Below are positions 1 through 11,743 of a stretch of 64,000 bases of DNA, one piece after another; position 1 is the stretch's first letter; every line of letters starts with the position of its first letter. The position numbers were made by a program, and so were the translations under genes. The notes below the pieces were generated by a model. It had not been told where the DNA came from. It did not search any database and was given only the letters and a program-made list of their open reading frames with translations. The DNA comes from Antedon mediterranea (Eukaryota > Animalia > Echinodermata), in NCBI RefSeq assembly GCF_964355755.1, contig NC_092672.1, forward strand, positions 10,788,001 to 10,852,000. Reading direction: 5' to 3'.

Positions 1-232
1 AGGGATGTCTAATCTTATATTTAACCTCTAAGCAGTCAATATCTGTATAATAAAACATTCATTATTTGTTTTATATAACAACTCGTTGATATATAACCTT
101 TGATCATTTACCTCATGTCATTATTTGTACCATTACACTCATAAACATTATTAGTAATTTCACCCAAAATAATAAGCCTCCCTGAATAATTTATACTTCC
201 AACAGTTGATTAACTTTTTTTTGTTTTCTTAG

Positions 233-3200
233 TTTAGGTGATGACCAGAATGATGTTGTTTTAACAACGTTAGTTTATCGTCGGTTTGAGGCACCTGAAA
301 ATAATGAGGACGCTTTACATTCACTTCAGTTTCAGTCAACTTTTTCTGGCAAAGGTATGATAAACTTACATGTGATTCACATATAAAATAATGTTTTTAA
401 AAGTATCCAATTTAGAACTGTCTCAAGATAGGTCTATTATTTTAGGTAATCTTACATATTATGTAAGTAAAATATCGCTAAAATAATAATATGTTGTGGC
501 AGCAGGCAAGTGTAAAAAATGGAGACTTCTTTCCTCTTTAACAATTTTCTCTTAAAATTTTAATATTCAAATGTACATGTATTTTAAAGTAAAGTACTTA
601 GTCCTTAGATTTATTAGATTTATCCTTATATAAATGTGTGTACAGTATGTACAACAATATTCATGTTAGTAATTTTATGACTCAGAAGGGTCCAGGGGTC
701 ATGAATTTCACATGCAACCCTCCACAAAATTACAGTCCTGATTCATTTTTTCTCTGCCACATATTTAATAATAGTTTATTTGATTTTTACAAGATATTTT
801 GAAATGTGACTTTGGATGTCTGGGTTCCAATGTAGAACCTGTTGGATTATGCTGCTTTGTCTCAACACAGACCACAGGTGCCCTCTATGATGTGCATTCA
901 AACGTTCAACTCATTGCCACCTATCCTTACACAGCAGACACGAAGCTAGCTGTAGTAGGGAGAGACATGATTCATGTTGTAACAAAGAACGGTCTAGAGA
1001 CATACACTTCACGATCGTTTGCTGCAGCAATACCAAACATTGAGACGATTGATGACATTGATAATGTAAGACTTTACATGGTTCAATCCTGACCTAGTGC
1101 CATGGTTGTTACTCTCAAATCTCTTTCTACTCTACTCCATAAGCCTCAAATTAGACTTATACCCTTTTCACATCTGCAAAATGTAACAAACCTAACCAGG
1201 TTTGCGTAGCCAAAGACAATTTTGTGGAAAAGCTTCCGTGATTTTACAGGGGTCCCTTGTGAAATCTCGGAAGAAAAAAACACAAAACAAGACACCTGTG
1301 TTTTGGTTCCGAGATGTTCCGAGTTCTTATTGCGTGCACATGTATTGCCCTGGTATTAACTGATCAATCATAGTAATCAAATAGCATGCAACTATTCTTT
1401 CCTCCCGAGATTTCACAAGGTTCGCGTATGCGTGTGTGAAAACATGTAATAAGTCGGGAAATCACACCTGGTTACAACTTGTTACAATTTATGTAGATTT
1501 GAAAATGATATTAGTGTATAATACATTGTCAAACTAGTTTGACTAAAAAAGTGTGATGTGCCCAAATATGGTAGTGATATGACATCATCATGACCATATA
1601 TGGGCACATCCCATTTGTTTATCACATAAAGTTTGATAGTATAGACAAAGCTTTAGCATGATATAGACGGTCCTACAAACTTTGCTTTATTGGTTTTAAA
1701 ATGTCAACTGACATAAACTTGTACCAAATACATAGAGCACTCTCGAATACTTGTACAAAAATACTAAATCATTAACCTCTTTAATTTGTTTTCAGACATG
1801 TCCACCTGCTTCGCAAGAACCCAGTTTGATCGGTCTTCGACCTTTCATTGGTATATTTGACATGGCAAAGTCCGACAACCATCTTATTATGTTATCAAAA
1901 GACTCACAAGCCACGAGGTGACATTATCGCATTCATATATACGATATGTTTACTGGAAAGACTTGCATGAAGTAGCCAACCCTCCAAAATATTGAAATAA
2001 TTGGGCTGGCCAAAAATATCTGGGCTTTCAGAAATGTTGGTATTCTGAATTTATGAAATGTTTAAAATTCAATTTAGTGTTTACTTTAACTGAAAAAAAT
2101 TAAGTAACAGTAACATTTTTTTGGTGAGTATTACTCATAACAATATTTCTCCAATGGCAGGTTTCATAGTGTTTACCATTATTTTACACCTTTAATTTGT
2201 TTTCAGTGATGGAAGTTGGGGAATTTATATTCTGAAGGATGCCCGCATGGTTGACCTGTACACTGATATCATTGATTTAGCCTTTCGTTACCAGACATGT
2301 AATGTGCCTGCATATCTAGTTTTATTGGAAGAGGCACACTTGTTTCTGAGGTCTGCTATGTTTCATAGTGGAGCGGAGGATGATTTGTTTGAACGATTCA
2401 GGCGGACATGTAGATTACTTGGAGATCATTATGCTGGGTATCAATATTTAATTTCCTTCACTACATTTTAGCACCAAAAATAATGATGTTTTGCAATTTA
2501 AATAGTAAAAAATTGATATTATCGACAGCTGACTCGGTTGGTTTGTACAAAGGCTGTGGAATACAACACTTTGTAATCAAAAAAAAATCTAAAATTTGTA
2601 GAACAGAGGCTAATTATCAAAAACCACTATTGTGCTGTTATGGTACAAACAATTTTCATCAATGCAAAAACAAGAATACAAGCTTTCAGAGGTGATATAT
2701 CTATTATATTGGATCATCCATTTAGAATCTTGCATTTAGCTATCTTTCTGTCAAGCTTTGCTCAATCCACGATTCAAATAAATTATAGAAATTAAAAAAT
2801 GAAGAATTGCTTTTTAATAAGAAATATCAGACATAATGTGAGAACCAATTATATAGTTCAACCTAGTAAATATAATCAAAAAACATATATACTACAAAAA
2901 ACCTATTATTCATTGGTAATACAAAAATAAAGATTAGTTATACATTGGTAAATTTGATTGTGTTTTTTTTTTTCACAGGTCAGACTCTGAATGTCCTCAT
3001 CTAGCACTTCCATATTACAACATGTCTGGAAAAGAATTGTCTAGCATAGTAACAGATCAAGATGAAAAGCAAGTCAAACAGGTAAACTAACATTATAAGA
3101 TATAATCATTGTCCCCCTGAAAAACATTTTTGTTGTTGTTGAATATGCCATTTTAATGTCACATAAAAGTTATACACTTAAAAAAAGGATTTACCTGAAA

Positions 3201-6200
3201 AAAAAACCTGTATTTAAAGCAAACAAATGTGGCACATGCAAGCAAAATCGGACATAAGTCGCATGTGTAGATTTGTAGAAACAGCCAAAAACAATAAAAG
3301 GCTGAAAAATTACATTTATTTTATTTTTACAGAAAATGATAGCTAAAACAATATTTATTTACTTTACCTTGGTGTTTTTCTATTTTGAGAAAAATAAATA
3401 AATACAATTTAACAATTTGTGTGGTTGTTGGTTAAAAAGATGGTGTAAATTATGTATGATTTTTATAAAGAAACCTACAGTATCATGTTTATGCTTAAAT
3501 TGAAAGTGTTCCTTTGGGTTGATTTTAATGAAAATTGTTCATAATAATAGAACAATAGTTAATTAACAAAGGTATGAAGTTTCATTGAAATAAAACAATT
3601 AGAATACCCTTTTGCTAAGGCGTAAACTGAATTAAACGCCCTATTTATTTTTTTGTACCTGTCATTTCCTGTTTTTTAACTTTAAAATCATTTTTCTCAA
3701 ACACTGATTGTAACAGCCAAAACTTCAGTAGACATGGTATCAAGACATTTTTTTCAGCATTTTAAATCTAGGATTATGTAGTTTCAGTATTTGTGGAAAT
3801 CTCAATTTTGAAAATTCCAACTTACTGTATGTCTGATTTCCCTTGCATTTGTGCCACAAATATTCAAAATGAGTTTATAATTAAATTGTTTATCTATGGA
3901 AGCATGGAGATTATTTCTCCATGATGGAAGTGAATAACTTGATTCAACTGCAAAATGGCTTTACCTTTGAAGGTCTGATTTTATTAATCTTCATTTTTCA
4001 TGTTTTTTGGGAACAATACACCATTAAAGATTGACTAGCATAACATACCCGAAAGGAGAATTCAAGCCAATCCCTATCACCTATGATTTGGTTTTATTAT
4101 AAATGTAGAATGGATGAGAGTACAAAAACCTAGTTAAAACTGTCTATCATTAGTTTTACAAATTTAAGACTCCACTTATTGTACATTGTTTGGCTCTGCT
4201 AAAGATCTTAGAAGCCAAAGGCTAGATCCGTCATCTCCAATGCATTCGAATCACGAAACATGTCCATCTGTGGAGAGCTTCTCCAATATGGCTGCCGGCA
4301 AATCAACCAATCAGACACGGCAATATCACTACGCTGCGCAATATTTAAGTATTGTTTCCATTTGTCAAGCTCGAACTAGTTAATCTAAAAAATATAATAT
4401 ACATTTAAACTAAATATATGTCTTGTTTTTTATGTGTTTCTTATTGTTATTGATCTGTTTAAAAATTGTCGATCAAGCCCGGCAGCCATCTTGTAGAGAA
4501 CTTCTCCATAAGATCCTTCACTGCCACCTACTGTAGCCTTCAGCCTAATATTATTTCTATGAGCTCTGCTTATTGGCATGTAAATTTTAAATATTGTATC
4601 ATTCTTACAGTATATGCAGGTTGATGGAAATTCAATTGGTCTGTTATGTTATCTCAACCACCAACTATTTAACCAAGCAGGGAGTGTTACTCTAGATGAA
4701 CCTACTGCAGAGATCATTCTTGGCATTTACATGAGTGCTCAGCCAGACAAGCTTTCAAGTGTTATACTGGAGTCTAAATTAAAAGGCTATTCGCTTGAAT
4801 ATGCCCTACAGCTGGTAGAAAGTTTGAAGACATTGAGGAAGAATGATGGATCACAGTATATGTAAGAGAATTTCTGACAAATAATATTTGTATTTATTTA
4901 TTTTTTTTTTATTTTATACCATCTTCTGTATTATGATTTGACAGTTTATAAGTTTATATTTTACATCTTTACTGTTTTCTTTTTTAGTATTTATCTTTAA
5001 TATTAACAAATGTTTACTGTGCATACACAATAACATTTGATTGTTGACTGCTTTGTGATAACAATTAATACTGAAGTTTACTGGTTTTTTTCTGAGAACA
5101 CATCTGAGTGAGTGAATGGCCGAGCGGTTAAGAGAGTGGAACCGTAACACATAGCCATATATCGGCAAGGGTTCGAAGCTCACTCACTCCATGGTTCTAG
5201 TGGTAGAACAAGTTTTATCGAATAAACGCTATAAACCGTAGTACATCTTTTGAGACGATTAGGGAGTTAACCCTGGTGTACTAGCACACTACAGCCACTG
5301 TTGTGAACAGACTAAATAGCGCCTTAGTTGGCAGCAATGACATGACTCTAGGGGAGAAGCATGTAGTGTAACATCTAAACAACACACAAATGCGTTTCAG
5401 ATCAGTATAAGACCTTTGGTTTATATTTTTTTTCTAAAACAGATATGAAAACTAAATGCCAAAATGATTTTTTGTACTAAATTATCATAAATTGAATTCA
5501 TTACAAACAGTCCAACTGCTGTAGACATCATTTGTCAAGCTGTGATTCAGCTTAGCCTCTGTGAGCCAGACCAGGCTAGATTCTTGCTGAACAGTGTATC
5601 TGAAGTTGACATCATCAAAGTGTTCTTACATAGACCATGGTTGCTGTGCAAGGAAGGTCAATTTTCCTCTTTAGCACAGGTAGGTTATATTTTTATACCG
5701 TATAAAGTAGATTTTGCTATTGTTTTGATGTGTTTACCTAAATGATCATAAAATCAAAACAGTACTAGCGATCCTGTCACCAACTTATAGCCAACCATTC
5801 ATAGAAACTTCTGATGTAGGATCGAGTATATCTTTACGGCGACTGTTGCTACAGTAAAGTTAGTACTATATTGTTACTATATGACCCTTTCATAACAACT
5901 TAGCTAAAATAAATTAAATTACTTGTTTAGTTCAGTAAATCTCTATACATTGTTTTTCTTTTTTACTTTAGTTGATGCGACAGCATAATTCCAAGTTGTT
6001 TATTGAGGTTTTGATTGCATTGCACGATAATAAGTCTGTTAGCTTGCATACAACGTTAAAGCTCTTTGAGGTGAGTGATTTGCCTTTAAAGGGAAATAAA
6101 TTAAAGTAATAAGTAATTGAATTATAGATGGGTTTATCTGAGATTGTACTTAACAATTTTAGTAGTCTAACTCTACCTAGAACTCTCACCAGAAAGGAGT

Positions 6201-9200
6201 CATCGACCAAAAAGGGATTCCCTACCAGAATGCTGTCTTCTGCCAGAAAGAAATGGAGTCCTCTAAAAGAAATGAAGTCCTCTAGAAGCAATGGAGTCCC
6301 AAAAGAAATGGAGGCCTCTAAAAAAATGGAGTCGTAAAAAAGGATGGAGTTCATCACAAAAGATTCCTCTACCACAAATGATTTGTCTACCTGAACTGAA
6401 TCCTCTACCAGAGGGGTACAAATGTTATAGTGCATTCATATCACATCATGTTTTTGTTGATTCATGTTTTAAATAGGCAGAATGTGATTTATTTTTTCTT
6501 TAGGGAGACTCAGCATATCAGAATCCTAGTAACACACATTTAAGAGATTACCTAGAAGCAATTCTGAGTGCAAGAAATAGACAAGATTCACATGAACAAG
6601 CTGCAGTAAGTATTTTTGTTTCATAATTATGATGATGTCATACCACTACCATATGTGGGCATATCACTACCATATTTGGGCACATCACACATTTTTTGTC
6701 AAACTAGTAGTTTGATAGGGTAGACAGAGCTTTAGATTTTCTTCAGGCTAATTTTATTTTTAGACTTTAGAAACTGATGTGTGTGTTATGTTTTAATATT
6801 TAAGAGGTAATTTAGTTGAATATAGTAACTTTGATGTGATATAAATATTCCAAAGGTAAAAGAGTAGCAATTGTGATGAAATAAAAATTAGTGTATAAAT
6901 GATAAAGATGAGAAAGTTTGCACAAGACAAAAATGATCACCCAACTGAAATTGATACAAAATATTTGATGTTCACCCAAATAAAAAAATACCAGCATTTA
7001 ATTTTTTATTTATATTTCAGGAACTTTTAGTTAAAATATACATTCAGAGATTGAATGACTGGAAGCCAGCCCAATCAAGGATGGTGAAAGGAAGGGGTCA
7101 TGTTCATGTTGTAAGGATTGTTTAATAGTGATGGTCAATTTAATACCCTGAAAACTTGAAACTAGACTACCAGGGTCCAGGGCCAACCATACTATGTCAG
7201 TACATTCTGGAAACATTGACATAAATGAATGTCACTCATTCCAGGAGTAAATGAATCTCACACTCATTCCAGGAGTAAATGAATCTAACTCTCAATACAG
7301 GAGTAAATGAATGTCACTCTCATTCCAGGAGTAAATGAATCTCACACTCATTCCAGGAGGGAATGAATGTCACTCTCATTCCAGGAGTAAATGAATCTCA
7401 CTCTCATTCCAAGAGTAAATGAATCTAACTCTCAATACAGGAGTAAATGAATCTCACTCTCATTCCAGGAGTAAATGAATCTCACTCTCAATACAGGAGT
7501 AAACTAATCTCACTCTCAATACAGGAGTAAATGAATCTCACTCTCATTCCAGGAGTAAATGAATCTCACTCTCATTCCAGGAGTAAATTAATCTCTCAAT
7601 ACAGGAGTAAATTAATCTCACTCTCAATCCAGAAGTAAATGAATCTCACTCTCATTCCATGAGTAAATTAATCTCACTCTCATTCCAAGAGTAAATGAAT
7701 ATCACTCTCATTCCAGGAGTAAGTAAATCTCACTCTCATTCCAGGAGTAAATGAATCTCACTCTCATTCCAGGAGTAAATAGATCTCACTCTCAATACAG
7801 GAGTAAATGAATCTCACTCTCAATACAGGAGGGAATGAATCTCACTCTCAATACAGGAGTAAATGAATCTCACTCTCAATACAGGAGTAAATGAATCTCA
7901 CTCTCAATACAGGAGGGAATGAATCTCATTCTCATTCCAGGAGTAAATGAATCTCACCCTCATTCCAAGAGTTAATATTTAAAAATTCACACCAGCCAAA
8001 GGAAATTTTAGGATGTATCACAACTCTTAAGCTCTGTCTACACTATCAACGTTTATGTGACAAAAAAGTGTTATGTGCCCAAATATGGTAGTGATATGCC
8101 CAAATGTAGTAGTGATATGACATCATCCATATATGGGCACATCACATTTTTTTGTCACATAAAGTTTGATAGTGTAGACAGAGCTATAGAATACAGTAGC
8201 ATTAAATAAGCTTTTTTATGCACAATATATTCTCTCAATAGGAAAAAAGTTACACTTGAATATATTTTGATTAGCACAGATTGTTAAAGTTCGGTAAAAT
8301 TTAATGTCATTATTATTTTTGTTGAACAGGATGTCGGGGGATACTTCAGTTGTCGTTACGATTGGTTAGATGATATTCCACCCTTCAAAGGTAATTAAAT
8401 TGCCTACATTCAGTGATGCTATGAGCACATTGCATACTGTAGTTCATTGCATTACTTGATTTCCAAATCATGTTGTTAGAAAAAGCAGTACAGGGAATGA
8501 TTTTCCTTTTAAAAGTAAACCTCTCAACTTTTGAAAGCTTTACAATTTGAAACCTTTAAATCTTTCATGTACATAACAATACTGTAACTCTTGTCATGGA
8601 AATGAATGTAGTTTTTGTATAATAGAGAGAGTTCATTGAGAAACATATACCTCCTTGGCGGAGGTAAATTATTGAGAACTTTATAATTATTTACTGCTTT
8701 TATTCATTTTACGTGCAGGCCAAGAAGCCCTCAGAAAACCATGTTCCAAAATGCGTGTAAATGATCAAGTAATCAGAAAGCCTAGCCGTCAGATGTCAAG
8801 AAAGACAGAAGATTGTATGGACAAGGAGTGCCACTGCTGTTGCTGTTATGAGGACCTCATCAAGGCCCAGGTGAATATGGTTTTGGCAATATGAATTTAC
8901 CATTCATCACAGAAGGAATATAGCCAAATTAAACCACACTTTTTTAATTTCTATCGTAAATGGGTGCTATTTATTAATACAGGTATGTATAGTATATTTC
9001 AAAATATGTGAAGTATGTTATGGATGTACAAGAACAATAGTCCAGGAGGTTCTGGATGAGGGTCCAGGGTTTGGCATCTTGAGTAATTTACAGTAGGTCA
9101 TACCATGTAGATACGTATTCAAATTACTGTTTTGTATGTATTGCAAAATTTTTGCCATTTTTATGTCGAATTTAGTTTTAGTTTCATTTTTGTTTCAGTC

Positions 9201-10336
9201 TCTTTTGTGCACCACATCTATAAATCTAGGCCCACATAAGCTGATACTAGAAGCAAGTGATACAATGGATTTCATAGGCTTAGAATCATTGAAACTGTTG
9301 AGTCTATCAAGAACAGATCCAGGCCTAGCAGCTAATTTAATGTTAGAAAATTACCCTAACCTAACAGTGGCATTTGTGAAAGATACTTTTTTTTCCGATG
9401 CAAGTCTTTGGACTGATTTTCTGGAGACATTATTTGATCAAATACGAACATTAAAATCTGAAAAGGATAATAAAGACAATTTGAAAATGTATTCTAACAT
9501 ATTAAAAGGTAAGAAGTTCAAAAATGCATTTTCTAATTTTCATAATTCATTCACCCTTTGCTCTATTACAAATATGTATGATGTGCTACTGTCCAAAAAA
9601 CTTACCATGAACTGGCTTTCAATGTGTATAGTAGTATTGAAACTGAAATGTGAAGTGATAATATGGCATTCCCTATGGGCAAGGTTACAATATTAGATAA
9701 CGTCGTACTAAATATTACTATTTCAGGAGCACCCTATAGTTTTAATCAGAAACTTGCAAGGCCAAGTATATTTGTGTAATATTTTAATAAGTTTAAAAAG
9801 AACAAAATATTTTAATGTTATTATAATACCCTTTTAATACCCTTTATCTTTTATCAAGTACATTTGTGTAATATTTTTATAAAACAAGTTTAAAAAGAAC
9901 GAAATATGAGGGGTATTTTAATACCCTTTATCTTTTATTTTCAAAAGTAGACCCTTTGCTGTATTACAAATATGTATGATGTGCTACTGTCCAAAAAACT
10001 TACCATGACCTGGCTGTCACTGTATAGTTTATTGAATATAATATAATATTATACTGTAACCTTGTCAAAACTATAGTATGAATGCATTGCAAATACTCAT
10101 TACGTCTTAGTTATTATATTATTTTGTATCATTTTATAGGTGTGTTAGACTTGGCTATTTCATCTCTAAATCATGATGTCTTCATGAGTGTTCTACCAAA
10201 TGATGGCGCTATATCGTTCTTCCTTCCTTACATTGAGCGTTGTTGTCTCAGGTTAGAGGCAAGCAAGTTAAGAAACAGCATTGCGGCCGATCTTATTGCC
10301 AAAACAGAAATGACCCAACGTTCCCATTACTACTGA
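233..10336 (+). CDS. HPS3: Hermansky-Pudlak syndrome 3 protein homolog (BLOC-2 subunit); 3' part of gene, 14 coding exons in window, 5' exons lie upstream
   Basis: GT-AG exons with consistent phases: 233(or 238)-354, 794-1065, 1796-1917, 2207-2437, 2979-3081, 4611-4861, 5511-5679, 5972-6070, 6504-6605, 7021-7110, 8330-8390, 8719-8870, 9199-9508, 10140-10336 (TGA). The spliced peptide has motifs recognisable from vertebrate HPS3, in the expected order: LVYRRF..LHSLQ, LCCFVS..GALY..LIATYPY, TCPPAS..FIG..NHLIMLSK, WGIYI, LLEEAHLFLRSA, CRLLGDHY, HLALPYYNMSG, EDLIKAQSLLC, FMSVLPNDGAISFFLPYI. Confidence 0.93.
1172..1498. mobile_element. Degenerate non-autonomous TIR element (MITE) in HPS3 intron
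   Basis: Imperfect terminal inverted repeats tctgcaaaatgtaacaaacctaaccaggt ... acctggttacaacttgttacaatttatgtaga; no coding capacity. Confidence 0.5.
1510..1655. mobile_element. Degenerate copy of the AGCTCTGTCTACAC-ended MITE family
   Basis: Shares gtgatgtgcccaaatatggtagtgatatgacatcat and the agtttgatagt..gaca.agcttta end with copies at 8028 and 14781. Confidence 0.6.
3225..3862. mobile_element. Degenerate non-autonomous TIR element (~640 bp), unclassified
   Basis: Left tgtggcacatgcaagcaaaatcggacata is an imperfect inverted match to right tatgtctgatttcccttgcatttgtgccaca. Confidence 0.5.
4270..4510. mobile_element. MITE (~240 bp) with ~30-bp TIRs
   Basis: tgtggagagcttctccaatatggctgccgg versus ccggcagccatcttgtagagaacttctccata. 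Confidence 0.6.
5107..5330 (+). mobile_element. tRNA-derived SINE in HPS3 intron
   Basis: Pol III A box TGGCCGAGCGG and B box GGTTCGAAGC, an acceptor-like stem gagtgagtga/tcactcactc, then a non-tRNA body. The A-B spacing is too long and irregular for a true tRNA. Confidence 0.7.
6180..6412. repeat. Degenerate ~21-bp tandem repeat (gagtcctctaccagaaagaaatg-like) in HPS3 intron
   Basis: Recurring tcctctaccaga/aaagaaatggag motifs; these explain the repetitive ORFs at 5968-6476. Confidence 0.6.
6628..6734. mobile_element. Partial copy of the AGCTCTGTCTACAC-ended MITE
   Basis: atatcactaccatatttgggc repeats ending in tttgatagggtagacagagcttta. Confidence 0.6.
7222..7975. repeat. 28-bp minisatellite, ~27 copies, in HPS3 intron
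   Basis: Unit aggagtaaatgaatctcactctcattcc (variant ...ctcaatac); period 28 (for example 7243, 7271). Confidence 0.95.
8028..8187. mobile_element. MITE (~160 bp), PIF/Harbinger-like
   Basis: TIR agctctgtctacactatcaa / ttgatagtgtagacagagct, TWA-like flanks and internal 20-bp repeats. The superfamily assignment is an inference from the termini. Confidence 0.7.
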
Positions 10337-11743
10337 ATCTGGTTGTAAATGTAGCACAGTAAAGCAACTGTTGTTTTGTTCAATGCACTATGATGTGCCT
10401 CTCATATTTTTTTGATAATCAAATAATTTTTGTATAAAACATGCCAACAAATGAATGACATATTCTCTCCATTCAACAAATACAAGGCATTCATTATTTT
10501 TTTTATAACACACCTACTTTTATTACATTTTTGGAAATCAATCGTAAGTCATCAATGAATGCTAAGCTGAGAAGCTAGGCCATTAAAAAAGGCAATTCTC
10601 CAACTTTAGACGTGGAGTGGAACAGTTATAGACAGCTTGCACAACAAGTTGAACATGATCAATCAACACTATCTGGCCAAAATTTTCAAAATGTTTCGAA
10701 ACGCTGAAAACGTTCTTTAGTTATCACCATTAAATATAACTTTTCCGTGAGGTAGGGCTAATTCCAAGTGACATGTGATACGTACTTAACCAATCGAATT
10801 GCAACAATTGTTTTCTACGATGTTCCTACCAAATTTGTTCGACAATCTAAATAATTTTTATATTAAACATGGCAAACAAATTTAGTATGGTAAAAGACAA
10901 TAGTCAGCCCTGCCCACCAAGCCTGGGACAAAAAAATAATGTGCAGTGATAAATGAAAATAGAACATTTCATCTTGCACCAAATTTAATTATTTGTACCA
11001 TTGCATGAATATAAAACATTCATTATATGTTTTATAACTTGCCTATTTTTAACGAAAGTCTAGGCCATGACCATTTCAGAAGGCTGCAAAGCGTATAAAA
11101 ATTAGAGCAGTCTAGCCTCACGTCCTGGTTGCTCACTGTGTAACAAATAAGATGTCAAGTACTCATAAAACCTTGTATCAGTACTTCTTATATCTATACC
11201 TAGAAAAGCAATTAAAACATATAAATCAAATTTCCAAAAGTGTCATTTTATTTTAGCAAAATGCATCACGACACTTTTTTAAATTATACAGTAAATTCAA
11301 TAATTGAAAATAGTATAAGCTCCATCCTGTTTCTTTAACATAAAAAAAATGCTGCACTGTGATGTCAAAAAATATGATAAATAGAAGCACATGTATATTT
11401 TGTTTTTCAATGTATCACTTAATTATTATGGTAGCATTATTTCAGATTCTAGACATTGACATTACAACACCTTTCAGGTAACTGTAAATACTAATATGGT
11501 GTGGGGAGATGATGGTCAGATGTTTTGACCTACACAAAGTACAATTTATGTCTGACCATTAAAAGTATATTTTACACATATCACAAATACATATGATTAT
11601 TGATCATATATATTACAATATTTTCATATGGAATATGATATGGAACAATAAATAAAACAATTGTGTTGTATTTAAAATTTTACCCAGATGAATAAAATAA
11701 TGGAAAAAATAATTTAACAAATGTTATGTTTCATTGTTTGCAT

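Noticed and set aside
5968-6476. 155-aa minus-strand ORF and two plus-strand ORFs
   Set aside because: They arise from a degenerate intronic tandem repeat and overlap real HPS3 exon/intron structure.
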